Below, piece by piece: positions 31,591 to 41,633 of a DNA stretch of 64,000 nt. The notes below the pieces were generated by a model that was not told where the DNA came from, ran no database searches, and saw only the letters and a list, made by a program, of their open reading frames with translations. The stretch is from Paracoccaceae bacterium. GTDB lineage: Bacteria; Pseudomonadota; Alphaproteobacteria; Rhodobacterales; Rhodobacteraceae. The position numbers and the translations under genes were made by a program. The first letter of the stretch is position 1; each line of letters opens with the position of its first letter. The stretch spans positions 609 to 64,608 of the forward strand of contig DAINEH010000022.1 of assembly GCA_036740275.1 (NCBI GenBank). The letters are read 5' to 3'.

Positions 31591-33738
31591 TTGAAACGAC
31601 TGCTTACCGGGCTTTTGCTGGCAGTCGTCCTAGTGCTTCTCTGGGCGAAGTTCGGGCAACTGGCCGACCCGGCCCGGCTGGCAGAACTCTATGACAAGGC
31701 AAAGGTCTGGCAGCAGCAAAGTGCTGTGCTTGTGGCGGTGCTGTTCTTCCTTGCCTATGTCACCGTGACGGCGTTGTCGCTGCCGGTCGCCATCTGGATG
31801 ACGCTTGCCGCTGGGGCGCTTTTCGGATTCTGGGGCGGTCTGGTCTTGGTGTCCTTCGCCTCCGCCATCGGCGCGACGCTGGCCTTCACTGCTGCGCGTT
31901 ATCTGCTGCGTGACTGGGTCCACGCAAGGCTTGGCGGGCGCGCGAAATCCATCGACGAGGGCTTGCGGAAGGACGGCGCCTTCTATCTTTTCACCCTGCG
32001 CCTGGTGCCTGTGGTCCCGTTCTTTGCAGTGAACCTCCTGATGGGGCTGACGCCCATCGGAGCACGGAGCTTCTACCTCGTCAGCCAGGCCGGCATGCTT
32101 GCGGGCACGGCGGTCTATGTGAATGCCGGGACGCAGATCGGCCAGATCGACAGTCTCCATGGCCTCGTGTCATTGCCGATCCTACTGTCTTTCGCGCTCC
32201 TCGGTCTCTTTCCCTGGATGGCGCGGTTTCTCATCAGGCTACATGGCCGAATGAGCGTCTACAAAGGCTGGCAACGGCCGACGCGCTTCGATGCCAACCT
32301 GATCGTGATCGGGGCCGGCGCGGCTGGGCTGGTTTCGGCCTATATCGCGGCGGCGACGAAGGCGAAGGTCGCTCTGATCGAGGCGGGGGAGATGGGCGGC
32401 GATTGCCTGAACTTCGGCTGCGTGCCGTCGAAGGTGTTGATCCGCAGCGCTAAAGCGGCGCATCAGATGCGCCATGCTGACCGCTATGGTCTTGCAGCCG
32501 CAAGTCCCGCGATCCCCTTCGATAAGGTGATTGAGCGGGTGCATGACATCATCGCCCGGATCGCACCGCATGACAGCGTCGAACGCTATGAAGGGCTGGG
32601 GGCCGAAGTCATCAGGGGCTATGCCCGGCTTGTCGATCCCTGGACGGTGGAGATTGCGCTGAATGGCGGCGGCACGCGGCGGCTGACCGGGCGCGCGATC
32701 GTTCTGGCCACCGGGGCTGCACCCGTCGTGCCATCGCTCCGCGGCCTAGATGCCGTCGGCTACCTGACCTCGGACACGATGTGGCAGGCGCTGAGGGAAC
32801 GCCCCCAAGCCCCGGCGCGGCTCGTGGTCCTTGGTGGCGGGCCGGTCGGCACCGAACTGTCGCAGGCCTTCGCCCGGCTTGGTTCCGCCGTCACGCAGGT
32901 CGAGATGGCGCCGCGCCTTCTTGTCCGCGAGGATGAAGAGGTGTCGGCGCTGGTGCGTGCGTCGCTTGAAGAGGACGGCGTGACGGTCCTGACGGGGCAT
33001 CAGGCTGTGGCTTGTGGCCTGACCGACGGCGAGAAGTGGATCGAGGTCAGCCGTGACGGCGTGTCGCGCCGGATCGCCTTTGATGAGCTGATCGTCGCCA
33101 TCGGTCGCGCGCCGCGCCTTGCCGGCTACGGGCTTGAGGCGCTTGGCATTCGCACGGGCCGTGTTGTCGAGACCAACGAGTATCTCGAAACGCTTTTCCC
33201 GAACATCCTCGCGGCGGGGGATGTCGCCGGCCCCTACCAGTTCACCCATGCCGCGGCGCATCAGGCCTGGTTCGCGACGCTGAACGGGCTTTTTGGCGAT
33301 CTGAAGCGGTTCCGTGCCGACTACCGCGTCGTCCCGTGGGCGACCTTCAGCGACCCCGAGGTGGCCCGCGTCGGCCTTTCCGAGGCGGAAGCGCGCGAAA
33401 AGGGTGTCGCATATGAGGTCACGCGCTACGGGATCGACGATCTTGACCGGGCCATCGCCGACGGCGCCGATCAGGGCTTCGTCAAGGTGCTGACCGAACC
33501 GGGCAAGGACCGCATTCTTGGCGTCACCATCGTCGGCGAACATGCCGCCGATCTCTTGGCGGAATTCGTTCTGGCGATGAAGCGCGGGCTTGGGCTGAAC
33601 AAGATCCTCGGCACGATCCATATCTATCCGACGCTGGCCGAGGCCAACAAGTTCGCGGCGGGGGAATGGCGGAAGGCCCATGTGAACCCGCGCGCGCTTT
33701 CGCTTCTGGACCGCTACCACCGCTGGCGGCGGGGCTGA
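31591..33738 (+). CDS. Bifunctional DedA/TVP38 (SNARE-associated) membrane domain fused to a pyridine-nucleotide-disulfide oxidoreductase (mercuric reductase/lipoamide dehydrogenase-like)
   Basis: 715 aa with a TTG start after GGAGAAGGG. The N-terminal ~220 aa hold 5-6 TM helices (RLVPVVPFFAVNLLMG). Then FAD motif LIVIGAGAAG, redox-active GGDCLNFGCVPSK, and a C-terminal dimerisation domain with HIYPTLAE. Confidence 0.85.
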   Translation: MKRLLTGLLLAVVLVLLWAKFGQLADPARLAELYDKAKVWQQQSAVLVAVLFFLAYVTVTALSLPVAIWMTLAAGALFGFWGGLVLVSFASAIGATLAFTAARYLLRDWVHARLGGRAKSIDEGLRKDGAFYLFTLRLVPVVPFFAVNLLMGLTPIGARSFYLVSQAGMLAGTAVYVNAGTQIGQIDSLHGLVSLPILLSFALLGLFPWMARFLIRLHGRMSVYKGWQRPTRFDANLIVIGAGAAGLVSAYIAAATKAKVALIEAGEMGGDCLNFGCVPSKVLIRSAKAAHQMRHADRYGLAAASPAIPFDKVIERVHDIIARIAPHDSVERYEGLGAEVIRGYARLVDPWTVEIALNGGGTRRLTGRAIVLATGAAPVVPSLRGLDAVGYLTSDTMWQALRERPQAPARLVVLGGGPVGTELSQAFARLGSAVTQVEMAPRLLVREDEEVSALVRASLEEDGVTVLTGHQAVACGLTDGEKWIEVSRDGVSRRIAFDELIVAIGRAPRLAGYGLEALGIRTGRVVETNEYLETLFPNILAAGDVAGPYQFTHAAAHQAWFATLNGLFGDLKRFRADYRVVPWATFSDPEVARVGLSEAEAREKGVAYEVTRYGIDDLDRAIADGADQGFVKVLTEPGKDRILGVTIVGEHAADLLAEFVLAMKRGLGLNKILGTIHIYPTLAEANKFAAGEWRKAHVNPRALSLLDRYHRWRRG

Positions 33739-33744
33739 GGTGCA

Positions 33745-34932
33745 TTAGGCGAAACGCTGCTGCGAGAGGAGGTAGCGGTCGATGATCGGCAGTGTCGCGG
33801 CACCGATGGCGCGGGCATTGCGGCCGACCGAGGCTTCGGCGAGGGCTGGTGTTTCGATGCCTTGGGTGTCGATCCTGCCAACCTCCTCGCGCGTCCGGTC
33901 GATGATCCGGCCACGGATCGCCGGCGGGCAGTTCGCGTCGATCAGGATGCATTCGAAGTCGATGACTGAGGCGACAGCGACCGCGGCAATTGCGAGGTGT
34001 CGCGCCGTGCGGTCGATCCAGTCGACAAGCGGCTGGCCGAAATCCGACCAGTCGCACGCCGGGTCCCAGAGCCTGGCAGGGTCGGTACCGGCCCGTTCGA
34101 GCGCCCGTTCCAGAAGGAAGAGCGAGGCATGCTGAATAAGCTGCTGATTGCCGCTTGCGTCTGACACCGGGATCGAGCCGAAGGCGCCGGCATTGCCGGT
34201 CCGCCCGGAGTAGACGGTGTCGTTCAGGACCACGCCGCCGCCGATGAAGGAGCCGATGAAGAAATAGGCGTAGTCCGAAAACTCCCGCCCGCGGCCGAAG
34301 ATGTGCTCGGCGGTGCAGGCGGCGGTGGTGTCATTCTGCACCGTCACCGGCAGGCCGGTGATCTCAGCCACGCGCAGGCCGACATCGAAGTGGCGCCAGA
34401 TCTGCATCTCTTCGCGCGGGGCATTCACGGTATCGAGCCAGTTCCAAAGCTCGAACGGGGCCGCGACCCCGATGCCGGCAATCCGGTTGACCTGCCGGGC
34501 GGTCAGCGCGCCGGTCAGTTCCGCATGGCCTTCGGCCAGGAAGGCCATCAGCGCATCCGGCTTCGGATAGGCATAGTGGATCTTGCGCTGGGCGCGGAGC
34601 TTCCCCGACACGTCGGTCAAGACCAGATCGGCGCTTCTGCGGCCGATGTTCAGCCCGAAGGACAGGATGCCGTCGGGGTTCAGCGTCATCGGAATCGAGG
34701 GCTTGCCGACCTTGCCGCGAATCGGTTCGCCCCTCAGCAGAAGCCCGTCCTTTTCCAGCGCCCGGATGATAATCGAGACGGTCTGCGCCGAAAGGTTCGA
34801 CCGACGCGCAATCTCGGCGCTTGGCAGGCCAGCATGGCGATGGATCAGCGAAAGGACGAGCCTTTCGTTGTGATCGCGAATCCCTGACTGGTTCGCGCCC
34901 CCTTGGGGATCACGGATTGCTGCGGCTTCCAT
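33745..34932 (-). CDS. ROK-family transcriptional repressor (FrcR-like)
   Basis: 395 aa. N-terminal wHTH (IRDHNERLVLSLIHRHAGLPSAEIARRSNLSAQTVSIIIRALE) plus a ROK sugar-kinase-like body. Divergent from the sugar ABC operon. Confidence 0.85.
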   Translation of the reverse strand: MEAAAIRDPQGGANQSGIRDHNERLVLSLIHRHAGLPSAEIARRSNLSAQTVSIIIRALEKDGLLLRGEPIRGKVGKPSIPMTLNPDGILSFGLNIGRRSADLVLTDVSGKLRAQRKIHYAYPKPDALMAFLAEGHAELTGALTARQVNRIAGIGVAAPFELWNWLDTVNAPREEMQIWRHFDVGLRVAEITGLPVTVQNDTTAACTAEHIFGRGREFSDYAYFFIGSFIGGGVVLNDTVYSGRTGNAGAFGSIPVSDASGNQQLIQHASLFLLERALERAGTDPARLWDPACDWSDFGQPLVDWIDRTARHLAIAAVAVASVIDFECILIDANCPPAIRGRIIDRTREEVGRIDTQGIETPALAEASVGRNARAIGAATLPIIDRYLLSQQRFA

Positions 34933-34986
34933 TCGGCTGCCTTATCTCCTCCCTCGCCAAGGTCAAGCCTACTCATATCCTGATTA

Positions 34987-35001
34987 ATAAATCAAATTTA
35001 T
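34987..35001. promoter_or_regulatory. AT-rich inverted repeat next to a TTGACA box (candidate ROK-repressor operator/promoter)
   Basis: ATAAATcaaATTTAT (34987-35001) sits in a strikingly AT-rich 40-bp patch. TTGACA is at 35009-35014, about 105 nt upstream of the binding-protein start. Confidence 0.3.
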
Positions 35002-35119
35002 TTATTTATTGACAGAGGCCGCGAAACCGCACAGATTCGGCGGCGAGGACAGGCAGATTCGACTGTCCAAGAGCGGCAGCCGGGTGATCCCGCGCCGTGT
35101 TCACGTCAGGGAGGACGAC

Positions 35120-36133
35120 ATGAAGAAATATCTACTTGGCGCCGCAGTCGGCGCGCTTTGCCTCGGCTCGGCCGGTGCTGCTTTGGCCGAAAGCGCCTGC
35201 CTCATCACCAAGACGGACACCAACCCGTTCTTCGTGAAGATGAAGGAAGGCGCCGAGGCGAAAGCCGCCGAGCTTGGTATCGAGCTCAAGTCCTACGCGG
35301 GCAAGGTCGACGGCGACAACGAAAGCCAGGTCGCCGCGATCGAGGCCTGCATCGCCGATGGCGCGAAGGGCATCCTGCTGACCGCCTCCGACACCGCCGC
35401 GATCGTCGACTCGGTCAAGGCTGCGCGCGACGCCGGCATACTCGTGATCGCGCTCGACACTCCGCTCGACCCGATCGACGCCGCCGACGCAACATTTGCC
35501 ACCGACAACTTCCAGGCCGGCCTGCTGATCGGCCAGTGGGCGAAGGCGACGATGGGCGACGCGGCCGCAAGCGCCAAGATCGCCCTTCTCGACCTTGCCA
35601 TCGGGCAGCCGTCGGTCGACGTGCTGCGCGACCAGGGTTTCCTGCAAGGCTTCGGCGTCGACCTCGGTGATCCGAACAAGTGGGGCGACGAAACCGATCC
35701 GCGCGTCGTCGGCCACGACGTCACCGCCGGCAACGAGGAAGGCGGGCTGAAGGCGATGGAAGCGCTGCTGGCCAAGGACCCGGACATCAACGTCGTCTAC
35801 ACGATCAACGAGCCGGCCGCCGCCGGCGCCTATGAGGCGCTGAAGGCGGTGGGCAAGGAAGGCTCGACGCTCATCGTCTCGGTCGACGGCGGCTGCCCGG
35901 GCGTCGCCAACGTCAAGGACGGCGTGATCGGCGCAACTTCGCAGCAATATCCGATGCTGATGGCATCGAAGGGCATCGAGGCGATCGCCGCCTTTGCCAA
36001 GGACGGCACCAAGCCGGCGCCGACCGAAGGCAAGAACTTCTTCGACACAGGCGTGGCGCTCATCACCGACAAGCCGGTCGAGGGAGTCGAGTCGATCGAC
36101 TCGGCGAAGGGCACGGAGCTGTGCTGGGGCTGA
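35120..36133 (+). CDS. frcB: Periplasmic sugar (fructose-type) ABC substrate-binding protein
   Basis: ATG 35120 after GGGAGG; signal peptide [47 protein letters not shown]... closely resembles Sinorhizobium FrcB as recalled. Confidence 0.8.
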   Translation: MKKYLLGAAVGALCLGSAGAALAESACLITKTDTNPFFVKMKEGAEAKAAELGIELKSYAGKVDGDNESQVAAIEACIADGAKGILLTASDTAAIVDSVKAARDAGILVIALDTPLDPIDAADATFATDNFQAGLLIGQWAKATMGDAAASAKIALLDLAIGQPSVDVLRDQGFLQGFGVDLGDPNKWGDETDPRVVGHDVTAGNEEGGLKAMEALLAKDPDINVVYTINEPAAAGAYEALKAVGKEGSTLIVSVDGGCPGVANVKDGVIGATSQQYPMLMASKGIEAIAAFAKDGTKPAPTEGKNFFDTGVALITDKPVEGVESIDSAKGTELCWG

Positions 36134-36175
36134 ACCCCGGTCAAAAATCCGGATTTGATGCTATGATCTAACAGA

Positions 36176-36201
36176 GGGCGGCCAATCGCGCCGCCCTTTT
36201 T
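36176..36201 (+). terminator. Rho-independent terminator/attenuator after the binding-protein gene
   Basis: GGGCGGC (36176-36182) pairs with GCCGCCC (36190-36196), with a 7-nt loop, followed by TTTTT (36197-36201). Confidence 0.75.
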
Positions 36202-36236
36202 GCGAGGCCCGCGTTGGATACATGAGGAGCGTGACG

Positions 36237-37310
36237 ATGGCGAGCGAACCAACCACCGCGACCACATTCGAGGAGGGCCTCAAGGGCGCCTCCGAAACGG
36301 TCGCGGAGTTCCACGAAGAAACCAACATCCTGAAGAAGCTTCAGCACTGGCTCCACCAGACACCGTCGGCCGTGCCGATGATTGTTCTCGTGGTCTCCGT
36401 GATCGTCTTTGCCGTGCTGTCGCAGAACTTCTTCAAGGCGACAACGATGTCGACGATCCTGCAGCAAATCGCCATCGTCGGCATTCTCGGCGTGGCGCAG
36501 ACCCTCGTCGTCCTGACGGCGGGCATCGACCTGTCGGTGGGCGCGATCGCGGTTTTTTCTTCGGTCCTGATGGGCCAGATGACCTTCCGCTACGGCGTGC
36601 CCGCTCCGCTGGCCATCCTGATCGGGTTGGCTCTGGGCACGCTCATGGGATACATCAACGGATATCTGATCTCGCGGCTGCGATTGCCGCCCTTCATCGT
36701 GACGCTTGGCACGTGGCAGGTCTATCTCTCCTCGAACTTCATCTTCTCGGCCAACGAGACGATCCGCAGCCAGGACATTGCGGCCAATGCGCCATCGCTT
36801 CAGTTTTGGGGCTATGCGATCCAGCCCGGTGGCGTGAAGGTGCTCTACGCAGTCTTCCTCATGATCATTCTTGTCGCCATCATGTCCTACGTACTGCGCC
36901 AGACCGCCTGGGGGCGCCACGTCTATGCCGTGGGCGATGACGCCGAGGCCGCTAAACTCGCCGGTGTCCGGACCGACCGGGTCATCATCCAGGTCTATTC
37001 GCTGGCGGGTCTATTCTGCGCCATCGCCGGCTGGGTTATGATCGGTCGCTTCGGCTCGGTCTCGCCGACCGCCTCTACGGGGCAGCTTGGCAACATCCAG
37101 TCGATCACTGCCGTTGTGATCGGGGGTATCTCGCTCTTCGGCGGGCGCGGCTCGATCATCGGCATGTTCTTCGGGGCGCTGATCGTGGGCGTCTTCGAGA
37201 TGGGCCTGCGTCTGGTCGGCACCGACCCGCAATGGACGTTCTTCCTCATCGGCGTGCTTATCATCTTCGCCGTCGCCGTAGACCAGTGGATCAGAAAGGT
37301 GTCGTCATGA
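36237..37310 (+). CDS. frcC: Sugar ABC transporter permease (RbsC/FrcC type)
   Basis: About 357 aa and multi-TM. ATG 36237 has AGGAG 7 nt upstream; 36222 is an alternative start. Confidence 0.85.
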   Translation: MASEPTTATTFEEGLKGASETVAEFHEETNILKKLQHWLHQTPSAVPMIVLVVSVIVFAVLSQNFFKATTMSTILQQIAIVGILGVAQTLVVLTAGIDLSVGAIAVFSSVLMGQMTFRYGVPAPLAILIGLALGTLMGYINGYLISRLRLPPFIVTLGTWQVYLSSNFIFSANETIRSQDIAANAPSLQFWGYAIQPGGVKVLYAVFLMIILVAIMSYVLRQTAWGRHVYAVGDDAEAAKLAGVRTDRVIIQVYSLAGLFCAIAGWVMIGRFGSVSPTASTGQLGNIQSITAVVIGGISLFGGRGSIIGMFFGALIVGVFEMGLRLVGTDPQWTFFLIGVLIIFAVAVDQWIRKVSS

Positions 37311-38086
37311 CCGAACCCATCGTGAAGGCCCGCAACCTCGTCAAGCGCTACGGCAAGGTCACCGCGCTCGACCACTGCGACTTCGAGTTGATGCCGGGCG
37401 AAATCCTTGCCGTCATCGGTGACAACGGTGCCGGGAAGTCCTCGCTCATCAAGGCGCTGTCGGGGGCGGTCCAGCCGGACGAAGGCGAGATCTGGCTGGA
37501 CGGGCAGAAGGTTCACTTCTCCTCGCCGCTCGAGGCGCGGGGCCACGGCATCGAATGCGTCTACCAGACGCTTGCGATGTCGCCCGCGCTCTCCATCGCC
37601 GACAACATGTTCATGGGGCGCGAGCTCAGGAAACCCGGCATCATGGGGTCGTGGTTCCGCAAGCTCGACCGGCCGAAGATGGAGAAGTTCGCCCGCGAGA
37701 AGCTCAACGAGCTTGGCCTTATGACGATCCAGAACATCAACCAGGCAGTCGAGACCCTGTCGGGCGGCCAGCGGCAGGGCGTGGCGGTGGCGCGGGCGGC
37801 GGCCTTCGGCTCCAAGGTGGTGATCCTCGACGAGCCGACGGCGGCGCTGGGCGTCAAGGAAAGCCGCCGGGTGCTGGAACTGATCCGTGACGTCAGGGCG
37901 CGGGGGATTCCGATCATCCTCATCAGCCACAACATGCCACATGTGTTCGAGGTCGCGGACCGTATCCATATCCACCGCCTCGGGCGGCGGCTCTGCGTGG
38001 TCAAGCCGCAGGATTACACGATGTCGGACGCGGTGGCTTTCATGACCGGCGCCAAGGAGCCGCCGGCCGAGTCAATGGCAGCCTAG
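37307..38086 (+). CDS. frcA: Sugar ABC transporter ATP-binding protein
   Basis: ATGA overlap with the permease. Walker A GDNGAGKSS, signature LSGGQRQ, Walker B VVILDEPT. Confidence 0.9.
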   Translation: MTEPIVKARNLVKRYGKVTALDHCDFELMPGEILAVIGDNGAGKSSLIKALSGAVQPDEGEIWLDGQKVHFSSPLEARGHGIECVYQTLAMSPALSIADNMFMGRELRKPGIMGSWFRKLDRPKMEKFAREKLNELGLMTIQNINQAVETLSGGQRQGVAVARAAAFGSKVVILDEPTAALGVKESRRVLELIRDVRARGIPIILISHNMPHVFEVADRIHIHRLGRRLCVVKPQDYTMSDAVAFMTGAKEPPAESMAA

Positions 38087-38094
38087 GGGGGCGC

Positions 38095-38712
38095 GTGTCC
38101 ACAATCGAGGACCGCGTGGCTGCCATCGTAGCGCGCCTGCCCGAAAGGGCAGGCGCGCGCCGCCTTGTCGCGCTGGCCGGGCCGCCCGCGACCGGCAAGT
38201 CGACCATCGCGGAAGCGCTCCGCGACGCCCTTGCCGCCAGAGGCGCAAATGCCGTCGTGGTGCCGATGGACGGCTATCACCTCGACAACCGGATATTGTC
38301 CGAGCGCGGTCTACTGCCGCGAAAAGGCGCGCCGGAGACCTTCGATGCCCGGGGCTTCATCGCCATGATCCGCCGGCTGAAGGCCGGGGAAGAGACCTTC
38401 GTGCCGGTCTTTGACCGCACCCGCGACATTGCCATCGCCGGGGCGGGGCTGGTTCCCGCCGCCGCTGACACGATCATCGTCGAGGGCAACTACCTGATGT
38501 TCGACGAAGACCCCTGGCGCGAACTCGCTCTGCTTTGGGATGCGGCCCTGTTCCTCGATGCCTCCGAAGCCGTGCTGCGCGAACGGCTGGTGCAGCGCTG
38601 GCGCCACTACGGGCTTTCGGAGGACGCCGCTTTGGCGCGGGCAGAGGAGAACGACCTGCCGAACGCAAGGCGCATCCTCGCGGGTCGTCTCGGCGGCGCC
38701 ATCACCGTCTGA
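38095..38712 (+). CDS. frcK: P-loop nucleoside/sugar kinase-like protein (FrcK-like)
   Basis: 205 aa with a GTG start. P-loop LAGPPATGKST and DGYHLDN, typical of the uridine/pantothenate-kinase-like family. Same position as frcK in frcBCAK. Confidence 0.65.
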   Translation: MSTIEDRVAAIVARLPERAGARRLVALAGPPATGKSTIAEALRDALAARGANAVVVPMDGYHLDNRILSERGLLPRKGAPETFDARGFIAMIRRLKAGEETFVPVFDRTRDIAIAGAGLVPAAADTIIVEGNYLMFDEDPWRELALLWDAALFLDASEAVLRERLVQRWRHYGLSEDAALARAEENDLPNARRILAGRLGGAITV

Positions 38713-38729
38713 GCATGCCTGCGGCACTT

Positions 38730-39224
38730 TCAGGGAAGCAAAGCGGTCATTCGCTCCACCACCTCTTCAACGGGCGTGCCAATGTCGATGGTCAGATGCG
38801 CTTCATCCGGTCCCGGCGGCTCAAGCTGGGCCAATTGGCTATCCAGCAGCGTTGCCGGCATGAAATGGCCCTGCCGAGCCCGAAGGCGCTGGCCGAGGAC
38901 TGCGGCCTCGCCGGTCAGCAACAAGAAGATCACCGGGCATACCGCTTCCGCCCGGATCAGGTCGCGGTAGCTGCGGCGGAGCGCCGAACAGGCGACGACG
39001 ACTTCGGGTGCCTGCGTCGCCCGGATCGCCGCCGCGACCGCCTTGAGCCACGGCAGGCGGTCAGCGTCGGTCAGGGGAACACCCCCGGCCATCTTCCTGC
39101 GGTTCGCCTCGGGGTGAAGGTCATCGCCCTCGATGAACGGAGCACCGATCCGATTGGCAAACACTCGCCCCACAGTGCTTTTTCCGGCGCCGGAAACGCC
39201 CATGACCACAACAGCCCGTTTCAC
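38730..39224 (-). CDS. gntK: Gluconokinase
   Basis: VVVMGVSGAGKSTVG P-loop and a GntK-like body (FIEGDDLHPEANRRKM). GTG 39224 overlaps the upstream stop (GTGA). The track ATG at 39248 would overlap the upstream gene by 28 nt. Confidence 0.85.
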   Translation of the reverse strand: MKRAVVVMGVSGAGKSTVGRVFANRIGAPFIEGDDLHPEANRRKMAGGVPLTDADRLPWLKAVAAAIRATQAPEVVVACSALRRSYRDLIRAEAVCPVIFLLLTGEAAVLGQRLRARQGHFMPATLLDSQLAQLEPPGPDEAHLTIDIGTPVEEVVERMTALLP

Positions 39225-40114
39225 CCGTGCGCACCCTCGGCGAGCCAAAGAAAATAGGCGGCGTGGTCAAGGTCGGCGCCGCCCGAAAGCGCCACGAGAC
39301 CGGCATAGCCTTCGCGCGCCGTCCGCGAAACTGGTAAGGTCAGACCCTTCTCCGCCGCCAAGGCCAGCGCATTGTCGAGATCCTTCAACTGCAGCGCGGC
39401 GCGCCCGCCGGGGACGAAGTTCCCCTCCACCATGCGCTTGCCATGAAGGTCGAGAATGCGGCTGTCGGCAAAGCCGCCGCGCAGCGCCTCGCGCAAAAGT
39501 CCAAGGTCGCAGCCCGCCGCCTCGGCCAAGAGAAAGGCTTCGGCCACGGCGGCAATGGTGCTGCCGACAATGACCTGATTGGCGAGCTTTGCCGCCTGAC
39601 CCGCCCCGGTCTCACCAATCCGCGTCGGGCGGCCCATTGCCTTCAGGATCGGCTCTGCGCGGGCGAAATCTGCCTCCGACCCGCCAACGAGGATGGCAAG
39701 CGCCCCGACTTCCGCCCCGGCGACGCCACCCGAGACCGGCGCATCAAGATAGCCGACAGCCTTCGCCTTGGCGAGGGCAGCAAGCCCAATGTCGGTGGCG
39801 GGCTCGACCGAGGCCATGTTGATGACAAGGCCGCCCTTGCCCATCGCGGCAATCACGCCTTGACCCTCCAGCACGTCGCGCGTGACCGGCCCGTCGAGCA
39901 ACATGGAAATCACCACCTCGCTGTCGCGGGCGGCATCCTCAGCCGTCGCACAGACTTCGGCAGCAGGCTTAAGCGCCGCCGCCCGGTCGGTGGTGCGATT
40001 CCAGACCCGAAGCTCGTGCCCTGCCGCCGCAAGCCTGTGGATCATCGGCGTGCCCATCAGACCTGTGCCCAGAAAGCCGATCCTCAATCCATTTCCTCCC
40101 ATGCCTCCGGCCAT
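39221..40114 (-). CDS. NAD(P)-dependent oxidoreductase, 3-hydroxyisobutyrate/6-phosphogluconate dehydrogenase-like family
   Basis: RIGFLGTGLMGTPM Rossmann motif plus a HIBADH-type C-domain. The start is at 40114 or 40102. The track's 55-aa upstream extension overlaps the gnd promoter region and looks non-coding. Confidence 0.8.
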   Translation of the reverse strand: MAGGMGGNGLRIGFLGTGLMGTPMIHRLAAAGHELRVWNRTTDRAAALKPAAEVCATAEDAARDSEVVISMLLDGPVTRDVLEGQGVIAAMGKGGLVINMASVEPATDIGLAALAKAKAVGYLDAPVSGGVAGAEVGALAILVGGSEADFARAEPILKAMGRPTRIGETGAGQAAKLANQVIVGSTIAAVAEAFLLAEAAGCDLGLLREALRGGFADSRILDLHGKRMVEGNFVPGGRAALQLKDLDNALALAAEKGLTLPVSRTAREGYAGLVALSGGADLDHAAYFLWLAEGAHG

Positions 40115-40227
40115 TCCGTCAGAACCGGCCGATTTGCGCAAGGGTGACTGGTAGCGCAAACTCTGTACATCCGGCGCACGGCACGCGACAGTGGCAGCCG
40201 CCTGATTGCGAACGGAGGGGGACGCGG

Positions 40228-41628
40228 ATGAAACACGCTGACATCGGCTTGATCGGACTTGGGACGATGGGAGCCGCATTGGCGCTCAACATCGCCGAGA
40301 AGGGCTTCGGCATTGCCGTCTTCAATCGCACGACCAGCGTGACGCGAGAGTTCTTCGCGTCCGCCGGCGATCTGGCGCAAAGGATCGTGCCGACCGAAAG
40401 CCTTGCCGATCTGGTGGACGCCATCGCCAAGCCCCGCGCCATCATCCTGATGGTGCCGGCTGGGCCTGTGGTCGATGACCAGATTGCCGCCCTCCGCCCG
40501 CTTCTCGATGCCGATGACCTCATCATCGATGCCGGCAACGCGAATTTCCAGGACACCGTACGCCGCATGAAGACCGCGACCGGGCCCTTCCTTGGCATCG
40601 GCGTTTCGGGCGGCGAGGAGGGTGCGCGCCACGGGCCGGCGATCATGGGCGGCGGCGCGCGCGAGCATTGGGACCGCGTGGCGCCGATTCTTGAGGCGAT
40701 CAGCGCGAAATTCGAGGACGAGCCTTGCGCGACATGGATGGGGCCGGATGGGGCCGGACATTTCGTCAAGACCGTGCATAACGGCATCGAATATGCCGAC
40801 ATGCAGATGATCGCCGAGACCTATGGCATCATGCGCGACGGCCTCGGACTGTCCGACGACCGGATCGGCAAGACCTTTGAGGGCTGGAACAAGGGGCCGC
40901 TCGAATCCTACCTCATCGAGATTTCCGGCATCGTGGCGCAAAGCAAGGATGCCGCGACGGGCAGGCCGCTTCTCGACGTCATCGTCGATTCCGCCGGCCA
41001 GAAGGGCACCGGGCGCTGGACAGCAATCGAGGCGCAGCACCTCGCGAGCCCGGTCCCTGCGATCGAAGCCGCCGTCGCCGCCCGCAATCTTTCGGCACGG
41101 CGCAGCGAAAGAACCGAGGCAGAGGCGCTTTTCGGTCGCGGCGGCGCCAGGCTTGCCGAAGGTTCCACCACGCTGGATGCGCTGGAACAGGCGCTGATCG
41201 CCGGCAAGATCATGTGTTATGCGCAGGGGTTCGGCATGCTCGCGGCTGCTTCCGCCCAATTTGGCTGGAACATCCATCTGCCCGATGTCGCCCGTGTCTG
41301 GCGCGCGGGCTGCATCATCCGGTCGCGGATGCTGAACGACATGGCGAGTGCGCTTGAGGAAAACAGCGCCCGCAACCTGCTGCTGGCACCTGCCTTCACG
41401 CGGATGGTGCGCGATACCGAAGGCGCGCTCAGGTCTGTCGTGGCCTCCGCCGTGACGGCAGGGATCGCGGTCCCCGCGCTCGGCTCTGGCATCGCCTATT
41501 TCGACACGCTGAGGACCGCGCGCGGCACGGCGAACATGATCCAGGGCCAGCGCGACTTCTTCGGGCTGCATGGGTTTGAGCGCATGGATACCGGCGCAAA
41601 GGGCCAGCACGGCCCCTGGGCGCACTGA
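40228..41628 (+). CDS. gnd: 6-phosphogluconate dehydrogenase (decarboxylating)
   Basis: 466 aa from ATG 40228 after GGAGGGGG. Motifs IGLIGLGTMG, IIDAGNANF, GVSGGEEGAR and HNGIEYADMQ. Confidence 0.93.
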   Translation: MKHADIGLIGLGTMGAALALNIAEKGFGIAVFNRTTSVTREFFASAGDLAQRIVPTESLADLVDAIAKPRAIILMVPAGPVVDDQIAALRPLLDADDLIIDAGNANFQDTVRRMKTATGPFLGIGVSGGEEGARHGPAIMGGGAREHWDRVAPILEAISAKFEDEPCATWMGPDGAGHFVKTVHNGIEYADMQMIAETYGIMRDGLGLSDDRIGKTFEGWNKGPLESYLIEISGIVAQSKDAATGRPLLDVIVDSAGQKGTGRWTAIEAQHLASPVPAIEAAVAARNLSARRSERTEAEALFGRGGARLAEGSTTLDALEQALIAGKIMCYAQGFGMLAAASAQFGWNIHLPDVARVWRAGCIIRSRMLNDMASALEENSARNLLLAPAFTRMVRDTEGALRSVVASAVTAGIAVPALGSGIAYFDTLRTARGTANMIQGQRDFFGLHGFERMDTGAKGQHGPWAH

Positions 41629-41633
41629 GGTCG

